Position numbers and translations under genes: made by a program | Part shown: piece by piece, positions 1 through 8,427 of the stretch | How the letters are laid out: each line of letters begins with the position of its first letter | Position numbering within the stretch: position 1 is the stretch's first letter | Notes under the pieces: generated by a model | What the model saw: the letters and a program-made list of their open reading frames with translations, nothing else | Database searches by the model: none | What the model was told of the DNA's origin: nothing | Source: an uncultured Planctomycetia bacterium | GTDB lineage: Bacteria > Planctomycetota > GCA-002687715 > CAYQRN01 | Direction of reading: 5' to 3' | DNA: 56,247 bases | Assembly (NCBI GenBank): GCA_964419995.1 | Contig: CAYQRN010000002.1 | Coordinates: 1 to 56,247 of the forward strand

Positions 1-1
1 G

Positions 2-340
2 CCTCGCGAACGCATCGGATCCCGGGGCCTCGTGGTCCCGGCGGGAGACGCCGCGGCTCTGTCTGCGGCGATTCGCGATCTCGCCCTGAACCCGGGGCGC
101 CTCGCGTCCCTCCGCGCCGGCCGCCACGAACGTCTCCTCGGGCCGGAGGAGCATGCGCGCGCGGTCTCCGACGTCTATCGCGAGGTCCTGGCGGAGCCGC
201 CGCCCGCTGCGGAGGAGGGCGGAGGTCCCGATCCGATCCTCCTCCGGAGGCTCGCGCACCGCAACGCGAGACTCCTTGAGATCGAAGCCCACGTGAAGAG
301 CCTGCTTTCCGCGACGTGCGGGCGAAAGGAGCCGGAGTGA
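2..340 (+). CDS. glycosyltransferase, C-terminal fragment (GT-B/GT4-like); 5' end lies outside the window
   Basis: The frame is open from the window edge to TGA at 338-340. '..RGLVVPAGDAAALSAAIRDLALNPGRLASLRAG' mirrors the C-terminal 'DGLLVPAGDVAALARAVARLRDD' tail of the GT4 gene at 10749-11999. Third positions are G/C-rich. Confidence 0.6.
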   Translation, partial: PRERIGSRGLVVPAGDAAALSAAIRDLALNPGRLASLRAGRHERLLGPEEHARAVSDVYREVLAEPPPAAEEGGGPDPILLRRLAHRNARLLEIEAHVKSLLSATCGRKEPE

Positions 341-1188
341 GCCGCGAGCCGCTGGTCTCGGTGATCCTGCGCACGCGGAACCGGCCGGAGTTCCTGCGGG
401 AGGCCCTCGAGTCCGTGGCGACCCAGACCTGGCCCCGGGTCGAGGCTGTCGTCGTGAACGACGGCGGCGCACCGGTGGACGACGTCCTCGAGGCCTTCCG
501 CGGCCGTGTGGACGTCCGCCACCTCGACCTCCAGCCCGGCGTCGGCCGCTGCGCCGCGGCGAACCGGGCCCTCGCTGCCTCGCGGGGATCGCGCATCGCC
601 TATCTGGACGACGACGATCTCTACTACCCGAACCACCTCGAAGTCCTCGTCGAGGGGCTCGAGCGCAGCGGCCGCCGCGTGGCCTACACGGATGCGCACT
701 GCATCCGCCAGCGCCGCGACCCTGCCTCCGGCCTCTACGTGGAGGAGAGCCGCACCCTGGTCCTCTCGCATGACTTCAACCGCCTGAGGTTCCTCCGGGA
801 GAGCTACATCCACATCGTCACAGTGATGCACGACCGCATCTGCTTCGAGCAGGCCGGCGGCTTCGATGAGTCTCTCGAGGTCCTCGAGGACATGGAGCTG
901 TTCTTCCGCTATTCGCGGGACTGGCCCTTCCACCACATCCCGAGGGTCACGGCGGCGTACCGGATCCGGGACGACGGGACCAACGCCGTGACCTCCATGC
1001 CCGAGGAGTTCACAAGGACCCGCGAGCGCCTCTTCGGGCGCTACGCCCACAGCGTCTTCCACGAGTTCCTGACGGCCATGGAGGGCGGCCAGCAGCTTCT
1101 CGCCCAGCTCGCGGACCGCGTGAAGCGCCTCGAGGCCGAGGTGCGGGAGCTCCGATCCCGCCCGGCGCCGCGGGAGCCATCGGCATGA
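316..1188 (+). CDS. family 2 (GT-A) glycosyltransferase with a short C-terminal coiled coil
   Basis: 'VSVILRTRNRPEFLREALESVATQTWPRVEAVVVNDGG' is a typical GT2 N-terminus and 'IAYLDDDDLYYPNH' is DxD-like. The C-terminal 'LLAQLADRVKRLEAEVRELRS' is heptad-like. It overlaps the upstream stop by 25 nt. Confidence 0.8.
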   Translation: MRAKGAGVSREPLVSVILRTRNRPEFLREALESVATQTWPRVEAVVVNDGGAPVDDVLEAFRGRVDVRHLDLQPGVGRCAAANRALAASRGSRIAYLDDDDLYYPNHLEVLVEGLERSGRRVAYTDAHCIRQRRDPASGLYVEESRTLVLSHDFNRLRFLRESYIHIVTVMHDRICFEQAGGFDESLEVLEDMELFFRYSRDWPFHHIPRVTAAYRIRDDGTNAVTSMPEEFTRTRERLFGRYAHSVFHEFLTAMEGGQQLLAQLADRVKRLEAEVRELRSRPAPREPSA

Positions 1189-1946
1189 CGGATCTCTACC
1201 GGGACTGGGAGCCGCTTCCGCCGGCGGAGGCCATGGTCCGCGGGGGACTGCTCGTCCTCGCGCCCCATCCCGACGACGAGATCCTCGGGGCCGGAGGCCT
1301 CATGGCGGCCCACGCTCTCCGGGGCGCGCCGATCACGGTCGCCGTCGTGACGGACGGCCGCGGCGGCGGGGCCGGCGCCGGCACGCCCGCGGAGCTGGCG
1401 GATCTCAGACGACGGGAGACGGACGAGGCTGCACGGAGGATCGGCGGCGTTGCCGTCGTCCGGTTCGATGTCGCCGACGGCGGGGCCCGCGCGGCGGCGG
1501 ACCTCCGGGACCGGATCGGGCGGCTGCTCGCGGCGACGCATCCGGCGACCTTCGCCCTGCCTTCGCCCTTCGAGATCCACCCCGATCACCGCGCCACAGC
1601 TCTCGCGGGGCTCCGGGCCGCCGTGGACGCCGCGTTCGGCGGCGAGATCCTCTGCTATGAAGTCGGCGCCATGGGACCTGTCAACGTTCTTGTCGACGTT
1701 ACGGCCGTCTTCGACCGGAAGATCGAGGCGCTCCGCGCCTACGGGAGCCAGCTCGCCGCCCACGATCTCGTGGAGAAGGTGAGCGCCCTGAACCGCGCGC
1801 GAACGGTCAACGTGGATCTGCCGGCCGTGCGCCACGCCGAAGGCTATATCCGGGTCCTGCCCGCGGAAATCCTGCCCTGGCTCGCCGAGGTCGAGGCCCT
1901 GATCCTGCGCACCGAAGCGTTCCGCCCGCGCTTCGAACCCTCGTGA
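1185..1946 (+). CDS. PIG-L / LmbE-family de-N-acetylase
   Basis: 'LVLAPHPDDEILGAGG' and 'FEIHPDHRAT' are the two zinc-binding signatures of the PIG-L family. An ATGA start/stop overlap links it to the upstream GT2. Confidence 0.85.
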   Translation: MTDLYRDWEPLPPAEAMVRGGLLVLAPHPDDEILGAGGLMAAHALRGAPITVAVVTDGRGGGAGAGTPAELADLRRRETDEAARRIGGVAVVRFDVADGGARAAADLRDRIGRLLAATHPATFALPSPFEIHPDHRATALAGLRAAVDAAFGGEILCYEVGAMGPVNVLVDVTAVFDRKIEALRAYGSQLAAHDLVEKVSALNRARTVNVDLPAVRHAEGYIRVLPAEILPWLAEVEALILRTEAFRPRFEPS

Positions 1947-1954
1947 AAAGGGGC

Positions 1955-1990
1955 CGGAAACCCCGGAAAAGGCGCGGTTTCCGTTTTGTT
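1955..1990 (+). terminator. candidate intrinsic terminator after the PIG-L gene
   Basis: An 8-bp stem (CGGAAACC 1955-1962 pairing with GGTTTCCG 1976-1983) is followed by TTTTGTT. The loop is 13 nt, which is long for a canonical terminator. Confidence 0.35.
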
Positions 1991-2017
1991 GACAGCCCGG
2001 AACGCCGGGGATAGACT
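1989..2017 (+). promoter_or_regulatory. sigma70-like promoter candidate (TTGACA-N17-TAGACT)
   Basis: TTGACA lies at 1989-1994, followed by a 17-nt spacer and TAGACT at 2012-2017, inside the only sizeable gap (1947-2218) of the GT operon. Confidence 0.4.
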
Positions 2018-2218
2018 CAAAAGACTCCGTCCCCGGATGGGCGGCGGAGCCGCGGGGCCCGGCCCCGCGTCGGAAACCCGGTTTATTTGCCTCCGGCGAT
2101 CGTCCCTGCGATCCGCGGAAACGAAGCTTACCGGGGTGGATCGGGCGCTGACGGGAGAGCGGCGTTCGCGGCCCCCCCGGCGAGGTGACGCTCCGCCCGC
2201 AGGTTCCGTCGTCCGTCC

Positions 2219-3325
2219 GTGGAGATCGAGTTGACCGCGCCGAACGGCAACGGAAAGAACGCATCGTCGACGCGGAACGGCAGATCGTCCGTGGTCGACG
2301 CGCTGGCCTCGGGCGCCTTCGCACGGGAGTACCGGCTGGCCGGCATCCCCGAGACGAAGGGATCCGCCGCTCCCGTCGTCGCAGCCCCGGCGCACGCCCG
2401 GCCTGAGGCGTCCGTCCGTCGCACGACCAGCGCCGTGCTGAGCACCTGGAACAAGAAGGACGAACTCCGGGAGAACCTCGCCTCCCTCCGGACGCAGACC
2501 GAGCCTTTCCGCGAGATCATCGTCGTGGACAACTGCTCGGGCGACGGGACCGAGGCCATGGTCCGGGGCGAGTTTCCCGAGGTCATCTACATCCGCACGG
2601 CCCACGATCGCGTGGGGGCCTGCGAGACCTTCAATATGGGCTTCCGCCGCGCCAGCGGCGACTACGTCGCCATCCTCGACGACGACATCGTCATGCCGCG
2701 CGACTGGCACGAACGGACGCGCGCCCGCCTCGAAGCCGAACCGGAGACCACGGCCGTCGTGTCGACGAACGTCGTCGAGCCGGAGATGCCCGAGTGGTAC
2801 GTCAACGACCCGGAGGTGAACCGCGAACGGTACATGTGTACCTTCCGCGGGTGCGCGAGCCTCGCCCGGCGCAAACCCCTTCTCGAGGCCGGCGGCTACG
2901 ACGAGCGGTTCTTCATCTACGGCAACGAGCGCGACCTGGCCACGCGGCTCCTCAACCGCGGCCACAGGATCCTCCAGTACGGCGGCACGTCGGTCTTCCA
3001 CCGCACGCCCTTCGGGATGAAGGCGGGGCGCCGGAGCCTCTACTTCCACGTGCGCAATCTCTGGTGGTACTTCTTCAAGTACGTGGGTTTCTGGGACATC
3101 GTCCGCTTCTTCGCGATCCAGCTCCTGCTCAAGCTTCGCTGGCGCAAGGTCCACATCACGGCTGACGCCATAGGCACCATCGGGATCTACCAGGTCATCC
3201 GATCCACGCCGCGGGGCTGGTGGGTCGTCGCGAAGGCGACTCTCGATGCCTTCGCGGGGATGTGGCCGTGCCTCGCCGCCCGCCGGGTCTGCCGCCACCC
3301 CGACTTCTCCCTGCCCACGAAGTAG
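2219..3325 (+). CDS. family 2 glycosyltransferase (start codon uncertain; GTG at 2219)
   Basis: 'SAVLSTWNKKDELRENLASLRTQTEPFREIIVVDNCSGDGT' is a GT-A N-terminus and 'YVAILDDDIVM' is a DxD motif. A hydrophobic C-terminal stretch 'LWWYFFKYVGFWDIVRFFAIQLLL' follows. About 70 aa of low-complexity leader precede the GT domain, so the true start may lie downstream. Confidence 0.75.
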   Translation: MEIELTAPNGNGKNASSTRNGRSSVVDALASGAFAREYRLAGIPETKGSAAPVVAAPAHARPEASVRRTTSAVLSTWNKKDELRENLASLRTQTEPFREIIVVDNCSGDGTEAMVRGEFPEVIYIRTAHDRVGACETFNMGFRRASGDYVAILDDDIVMPRDWHERTRARLEAEPETTAVVSTNVVEPEMPEWYVNDPEVNRERYMCTFRGCASLARRKPLLEAGGYDERFFIYGNERDLATRLLNRGHRILQYGGTSVFHRTPFGMKAGRRSLYFHVRNLWWYFFKYVGFWDIVRFFAIQLLLKLRWRKVHITADAIGTIGIYQVIRSTPRGWWVVAKATLDAFAGMWPCLAARRVCRHPDFSLPTK

Positions 3326-3398
3326 CCTGCTCCGCCGCCGGAGGCCGCCCGGGCAACGACCGTCTCCCGTTCCCGCGGGGGCGTGTTAATCCTCACGC

Positions 3399-4748
3399 GT
3401 GCGGATCCTCCATGTCGTCCACGCCTTCCCACCGGAACAGTCGGCGGGCGCCGAACTCTACACCCGTGCCATCGCGCGGCGGCAGGCCGCGCTCCATGAC
3501 GTCGCGATCTTCACGGCGGAGACCCTGTCCGGAGCGCCGGACGGCACTGTCGTCGAACGCCGGGACGGCGATGTCCTCGTCGCTTCCGTCGCGAACCGGC
3601 GCGCCGCCGCGAGCCTCGAGAGGGCATGGAACCGTCCCGACCTCGAAGCTGCGTTCGGCCGCTTCGTCGGCGCGTGGCGCCCCGACGTCGTCCACTTCCA
3701 GCACCTCATGAACCACTCCGCGGGCTACCCCGGTCTCGCGCGGAGCCACGGAGCGGCCACGGTGATGACGCTCCACGACTTCTGGATGGTCTGCGGCCGG
3801 AGGGGGCAGATGCTCCGCGCGGGCGGCGCGCGCTGCGACCACGCTGTCCCCGAGGAGTGCGCGGCCTGCCTCTCCGCCGAACCCGCGGGGCGATCCGCGG
3901 CCGAGGCGCGGGCCGGCAGGGCCATAGAGGGCGTGCGGCGCATCACGGGCATCGACCTCCTGCCCCTGGCACGCCGGCTCCGACTCGGATTCCGACGTCC
4001 CGGAAGGGCGGTCAGTCCCGGCGACCTCGCCGGACGGGTCCGCGCCATGGGCCGCGTCGCCGGGTCCGTACAGCTCTTCACGAGCCCGTCCCGGTTCCTC
4101 ATGGACGTCTTCATCCGGCACGGGTTCCCCGCCGATCGCATCGTCTGGTCGCCCAATGGCATCGAGACCGGAGACTTCGAACCCGGGACTCGCCCGCCCG
4201 GCGCGAGGCTCCGCGTGGGATTCGTCGGAACCCTCGCGGAGCCGAAGGGTCTCCACGTCCTCGTGGAGGCCGCCCGGCTCCTCCCCTCCGGCGGCTTCGA
4301 GTTCCACGTCCACGGAGACGACCGCGTGCGGAGCGAGTATGCCGCGGCCATGCGGCGGCGGGCACGGGGGCTCCCCGTGACCTTCCACGGCGCCTTCGCG
4401 CCCGGCGAGGCGGGCCGGATCTACGCGGGGCTCGATGTCCTCGTGGTGCCTTCCATCTGGTTCGAGAACGCCCCCCTCACGGTTCTCCAGGCCTTCGCCG
4501 CCGCCGTGCCGCCTCTGGCCTCGCGCCTCGGAGGCCTGCGGGAGATGATCCGGGACGGCGATGACGGGCTCCTCTTCGAGACGGGGGACGCCGCCGACCT
4601 CGCGCGGACCCTCGAACGCTGCCGGAGGGACTCCGATCTCCTCCCGCGGCTCGCCGCCGCCCGCCCGCAGGTGCGATCCGTCGAGGAGGACGCCGCCACC
4701 CACGTCGGACGGTATCGCACCCTCAGGGGGGAGGAGGTCCGGACATGA
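3399..4748 (+). CDS. family 4 (GT-B) glycosyltransferase with a Cys4 insertion
   Basis: The N-terminus is '(M)RILHVVHAFPPEQSAGAELY'. The C-terminal half carries 'VLVVPSIWFENAPLTVLQAFAAAVPPLASRLGGLREMIRDGDDGLLFETGDAADL' (the E-x7-E region of GT4). The insertion is 'HDFWMVCGRRGQMLRAGGARCDHAVPEECAAC'. Confidence 0.85.
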   Translation: MRILHVVHAFPPEQSAGAELYTRAIARRQAALHDVAIFTAETLSGAPDGTVVERRDGDVLVASVANRRAAASLERAWNRPDLEAAFGRFVGAWRPDVVHFQHLMNHSAGYPGLARSHGAATVMTLHDFWMVCGRRGQMLRAGGARCDHAVPEECAACLSAEPAGRSAAEARAGRAIEGVRRITGIDLLPLARRLRLGFRRPGRAVSPGDLAGRVRAMGRVAGSVQLFTSPSRFLMDVFIRHGFPADRIVWSPNGIETGDFEPGTRPPGARLRVGFVGTLAEPKGLHVLVEAARLLPSGGFEFHVHGDDRVRSEYAAAMRRRARGLPVTFHGAFAPGEAGRIYAGLDVLVVPSIWFENAPLTVLQAFAAAVPPLASRLGGLREMIRDGDDGLLFETGDAADLARTLERCRRDSDLLPRLAAARPQVRSVEEDAATHVGRYRTLRGEEVRT

Positions 4749-4779
4749 GGCGCGAACGGGACCGGGGAGGGCCGGAGCC

Positions 4780-7700
4780 GTGAAGGTCCTCATGGCCGTG
4801 CATGGTTTCCCACCCGAGTACCGGGGCGGCACCGAGCTCTATGTCGAGGCCCTGTCCCGAGCCCTCGTGGAGACAGGCAACGACGTCGAGGTGGCCGCGG
4901 GGACGGGCCTCTCCCGGGACGAGGCGGGGATCGTTCCGCGGGACTGCAGGGGGCTCCTCGTCCACGAGATCCACCGCCGCCGCCCCTTCGTCGACGCCTG
5001 GGACTTCTCCTTCGATGCAGACGTCGGAGGTCTCGTCAGGGAGCTCCTTCTCGCCCGGCGCCCCGATGTCCTCCACGTGCACCACTGGATCCGCCTCACG
5101 CGACATCTCGTGGAGATCGCGGCCGATCTCGGCATTCCCGCAGTCTGCACCGTGCACGATCTCTACGCGACCTGCCCGCGCATCGTGAGAGTGCGGGACG
5201 AGACGTTCTGCGAAAGCCCGCTGTCCTCCGCGAACTGCTCGGAGTGCGTGCCACGGCGCGACGACATCACGGTCGCGGACGCCGGCCTCGAGATCGGGCT
5301 CTTCCGCGACGACCTGCGGTCCGAGCTCTCGCTCGCGAGGGCCATCGTGGCGCCATCGCGCGTCCATGCCGACCTCGTGGCGCGCCTTGCGGAGATCCCG
5401 CGACGGCGCATCACCGTTCTGCCCCACGGGCGGATCACGCCGGCGATCCGCAGCAGCGAACCGGGCCCGGCGCGACCGGGAGAGCCTCTCCGGATCGGCC
5501 ACTGGGGGCATCTCCAGGACGTCAAGGGCGTGCATCTCCTCCTCGAGGCCGTGGCAGGCCTTCCGCGTCCCGGCGATGTCGAAGTGCACCTCTTCGGAGA
5601 GGCCTTCGATCCGATCTACGGGGAACGACTGGCCCGGCTCGGACGGGGGCTTCGCGTCGTCTGGCACGGCGCCTTCGAATGGACGGAACTCGGCAGGGTG
5701 CCCCTCCATCTCGCCGTGATTCCAAGCCACTGCAGCGAGTCGTGGTCTTTCGTTCTCGACGAGGCCTTCGTGCTCGGCCTTCCGGCCGTCGTTCCGAGGC
5801 GTGGCGCGCTGGCGGAGCGCCTCGACGGCGCGGGCTTCCTCTTCGAACCGGAGAGCTCTGCGGATCTCGGCGCGCGCCTTGCGGGGATCCTCGACGATCC
5901 GTCATCCCTCGACAGAGCCAGGGCGCGGATCCCCGTGCTCCCGTCCATGGATGCCCACGCCGCGGCTCTCGCGGGGATCTATGCCAAGGCCATGCGTTCC
6001 CGGCCGCGCCGTCCCGTGGCGGGACTCACGGCGCGGGCGGAACGCCGCCTCGCGGTGGCCGACCAACGACGGGAGGTCCTCCGCCGGAACCTCACGGATC
6101 GCCTTCTGGCCGAGGCCGCGACCGCGATGCGACTCAGGGACGAGGTGGCAGCGCTCACGGCGGCGCGGGAGACGCAGGAGGCCGAAATGGCCCGGCTCCT
6201 CGCCTCCTGCCAGGCATGGGAATCCGAGAATGCGTCCCTGCGCCGTGAGGTCGAGGGCGCCGACCTGCGAATCCGCGCGGACCTGGCGGCCGCCACGGCA
6301 GCCGCCGCAGCCAGGGATGCCGATGTAGCCGGACTCGTGGCGGACGCGCGGCGGCGCGAAGCGGAGATGGCGTCCCTCCTCGAGTCCTGCCGGGAGTGGG
6401 AAGCCACCGTGAAGCGGCTTCAGGATGAGGGCTCGCGGGCCGCGGCCTCCTCTGCGGCGTCGAAGGCCCTGGCCGAGCGGCACGAGGCTGCGGCGAAGGC
6501 CCTCGAGGAACGCGTCCACGCCCTCGCCGGGGTCGTTCAGACGCGGGGCGAGGACCTCGACCGCCTGGGCCGTGAGTCGGCGGCTCTGGCGGAAAACCTC
6601 GCAGCCGAGCGTGCGGCGGCCGCGGCTCTGCACGATCGCCTGCAGGCGGCCACGACCCTCGCGCGGGTCCGGGAGGGAGCGCTCCGTGACCTCGGCGCCG
6701 CCGTACGCCTGCTGCGCCAGGAGATCGCGGGACTCCGGGCGGATCGGAACGATCTCGACGACCGCCTGCGACGGGACGCTGACCGGTCCGCGGACCTTGC
6801 CCGCCGGGCCGAGGCCGCGCTCGAGGCGGCGGGAACGGCTTCCCGGAGAGCCGCAGCGGAGCATGCGGCGCGGGTGCGCGAGCGGGAGGAACATGCGGCG
6901 GCGCTCCGGCGACTCATCGACAGGACGGAGGCCGCCGCACCGGGTGTGTCCGAACGTATCGCCGCCGCGGAGGCCGAGCGGGACGCCCTCCGCGCCAGGA
7001 TCTCGGACCGCGAGGCGTCTCTCGGGGCCGTGGCGCGGGCCCTCGGCGAGAACGGCGACGCCGGGACGAACGCGGGCGCCCTGCTCCGCAGGATCCGGCA
7101 GCTCCGAGGCCCCGCGGCGGCGCCGGAGCGCGAGGCGGGCCGCCGCCGGATCCTCATGGTCGTGCATCAGTTCCTGCCCCGGCACGTGGCAGGAACGGAG
7201 ATCTACACCTGGCGCGTCGCGAAGGAGCTCCGCCGCCGGAACGACGTCGTCATCCTTTACGCGGAGATGCGGCACGACCGGCCCAAGTACTCCGCGGTCC
7301 GCGGGAGCTTCGACGGCATCCCGGTCATCGAGATGGCCCATGACGATGGCTTTCCGACCTTCGGCCATACGTACAGGAGCCCCGAGGCCGAGCACCTGTT
7401 CGAGGAGGTCCTCGACGTCGAGCGGCCCGACATCGTCCACATCCAGCACCTGCACTTCTTCTCCCTCGGTCTCCCGGCCATCGCAGCGGGGCGCGGACTT
7501 CCCGTCGTCTATACACTGCACGAGTTCCTGCTGCTCTGCCCGCGGGGCGGGCAGATGCTCAGGGAGGACCTCGAGCTCTGCGAAGCCGTCGTGCCCTCGC
7601 GCTGCGCCGGGTGCATCGGCAACCGTCCTCTGCGGCTCCCCGGAGATCTCTCCGGCCCGGCGGATCACGAGGCGGCCATCCGCGACCGGCTCGCTGCCGT

Positions 7701-8427
7701 TCGCGCCATGGTCCCCCACGTGGATCTCTTCATCTCGCCGTCGGCGTTCCTGCGCGACGTCTTCGTCCGCGAGGGCGTGATTCCTCCGGGGAGAATCGTC
7801 CACTCGGAGAACGGGCTCGACACGGCAGGATTCGGACAGCCCCGGCGGCCCCGGACCGGCCGCGTCGTCATCGGGTTCATCGGAAGCGTAGCCGGGTACA
7901 AGGGACCGCAGATCCTCATCGAGGCCGTGAGGCGCCTCCGGGGCACCTTCGAGTGCCGGGTCCATGGCGATCCGGACATGTTCCCCTCCTTCGGCCGGAA
8001 GCTCCGCGCCGCGGCCGCCGGGACGGGTATCCGATTCATGGGCCGCTATGAGAACCGGGACGTGGGCGCGATCCTCGCGGGAATCGACGTCCTCGTCGTC
8101 CCGTCCCTCTGGCATGAGAACTCGCCGGTGACCATCCAGGAAGCGCGTGCCGCAGGCGTTCCCGTGGTGGCGACCCGGCAGGGCGGCATGGCGGAGCACG
8201 TGGAGGATGGGCGGACGGGGTTCCTGTTCCGGCGGGGCGACCCGGAGGACCTGGCCCGGGTCCTCCAGCGGATCCTCGACGATCCATCCGTGCTGGATGC
8301 CCTCGATCCGCGTGGCGATCCCCTGAAGTCGATCGCCGAGAACGCCGTGGAGCTCGAGACGATCTACGGGAGGCTCATCGCGGCGCGGCGGAGCGGAACT
8401 GCCGCCGGGGAGGGCGCCGTCTCTTGA
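4780..8427 (+). CDS. 1215-aa two-headed glycosyltransferase: GT4 domain, roughly 355-aa coiled coil, second GT4 domain
   Basis: The GTG at 4780 follows GGGGAGG (4764-4770), and the track ORF start at 4561 overlaps the previous gene. Head 1 shows 'VKVLMAVHGFPPEYRGGTELY ... VIPSHCSESWSFVLDEAFVLGLPAVV'. The Ala/Arg/Glu/Leu-rich helical spacer spans about nt 6040-7110. Head 2 shows 'RRILMVVHQFLPRHVAGTEIY ... VLVVPSLWHENSPVTIQEARAAGVPVVATRQGGMAEHVEDGRTGFLF'. Confidence 0.8.
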   Translation: MKVLMAVHGFPPEYRGGTELYVEALSRALVETGNDVEVAAGTGLSRDEAGIVPRDCRGLLVHEIHRRRPFVDAWDFSFDADVGGLVRELLLARRPDVLHVHHWIRLTRHLVEIAADLGIPAVCTVHDLYATCPRIVRVRDETFCESPLSSANCSECVPRRDDITVADAGLEIGLFRDDLRSELSLARAIVAPSRVHADLVARLAEIPRRRITVLPHGRITPAIRSSEPGPARPGEPLRIGHWGHLQDVKGVHLLLEAVAGLPRPGDVEVHLFGEAFDPIYGERLARLGRGLRVVWHGAFEWTELGRVPLHLAVIPSHCSESWSFVLDEAFVLGLPAVVPRRGALAERLDGAGFLFEPESSADLGARLAGILDDPSSLDRARARIPVLPSMDAHAAALAGIYAKAMRSRPRRPVAGLTARAERRLAVADQRREVLRRNLTDRLLAEAATAMRLRDEVAALTAARETQEAEMARLLASCQAWESENASLRREVEGADLRIRADLAAATAAAAARDADVAGLVADARRREAEMASLLESCREWEATVKRLQDEGSRAAASSAASKALAERHEAAAKALEERVHALAGVVQTRGEDLDRLGRESAALAENLAAERAAAAALHDRLQAATTLARVREGALRDLGAAVRLLRQEIAGLRADRNDLDDRLRRDADRSADLARRAEAALEAAGTASRRAAAEHAARVREREEHAAALRRLIDRTEAAAPGVSERIAAAEAERDALRARISDREASLGAVARALGENGDAGTNAGALLRRIRQLRGPAAAPEREAGRRRILMVVHQFLPRHVAGTEIYTWRVAKELRRRNDVVILYAEMRHDRPKYSAVRGSFDGIPVIEMAHDDGFPTFGHTYRSPEAEHLFEEVLDVERPDIVHIQHLHFFSLGLPAIAAGRGLPVVYTLHEFLLLCPRGGQMLREDLELCEAVVPSRCAGCIGNRPLRLPGDLSGPADHEAAIRDRLAAVRAMVPHVDLFISPSAFLRDVFVREGVIPPGRIVHSENGLDTAGFGQPRRPRTGRVVIGFIGSVAGYKGPQILIEAVRRLRGTFECRVHGDPDMFPSFGRKLRAAAAGTGIRFMGRYENRDVGAILAGIDVLVVPSLWHENSPVTIQEARAAGVPVVATRQGGMAEHVEDGRTGFLFRRGDPEDLARVLQRILDDPSVLDALDPRGDPLKSIAENAVELETIYGRLIAARRSGTAAGEGAVS

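Noticed and set aside
1844-3298. 484-aa minus-strand ORF. Many similar long ORFs were also noticed, e.g. 175-1062(-), 3393-4832(-), 5902-8457(-), 9909-11702(-), 12012-13874(-), 13932-16286(-), 26922-28775(+), 30147-32354(-), 38016-39725(-), 39810-41480(-) and 42144-43421(-).
   Set aside because: Their translations are dominated by Arg/Pro/Gly/Glu/Asp runs with no recognisable motifs. They lie antisense or out of frame to genes with clear family signatures. Such stop-free shadow frames are expected in very GC-rich DNA.
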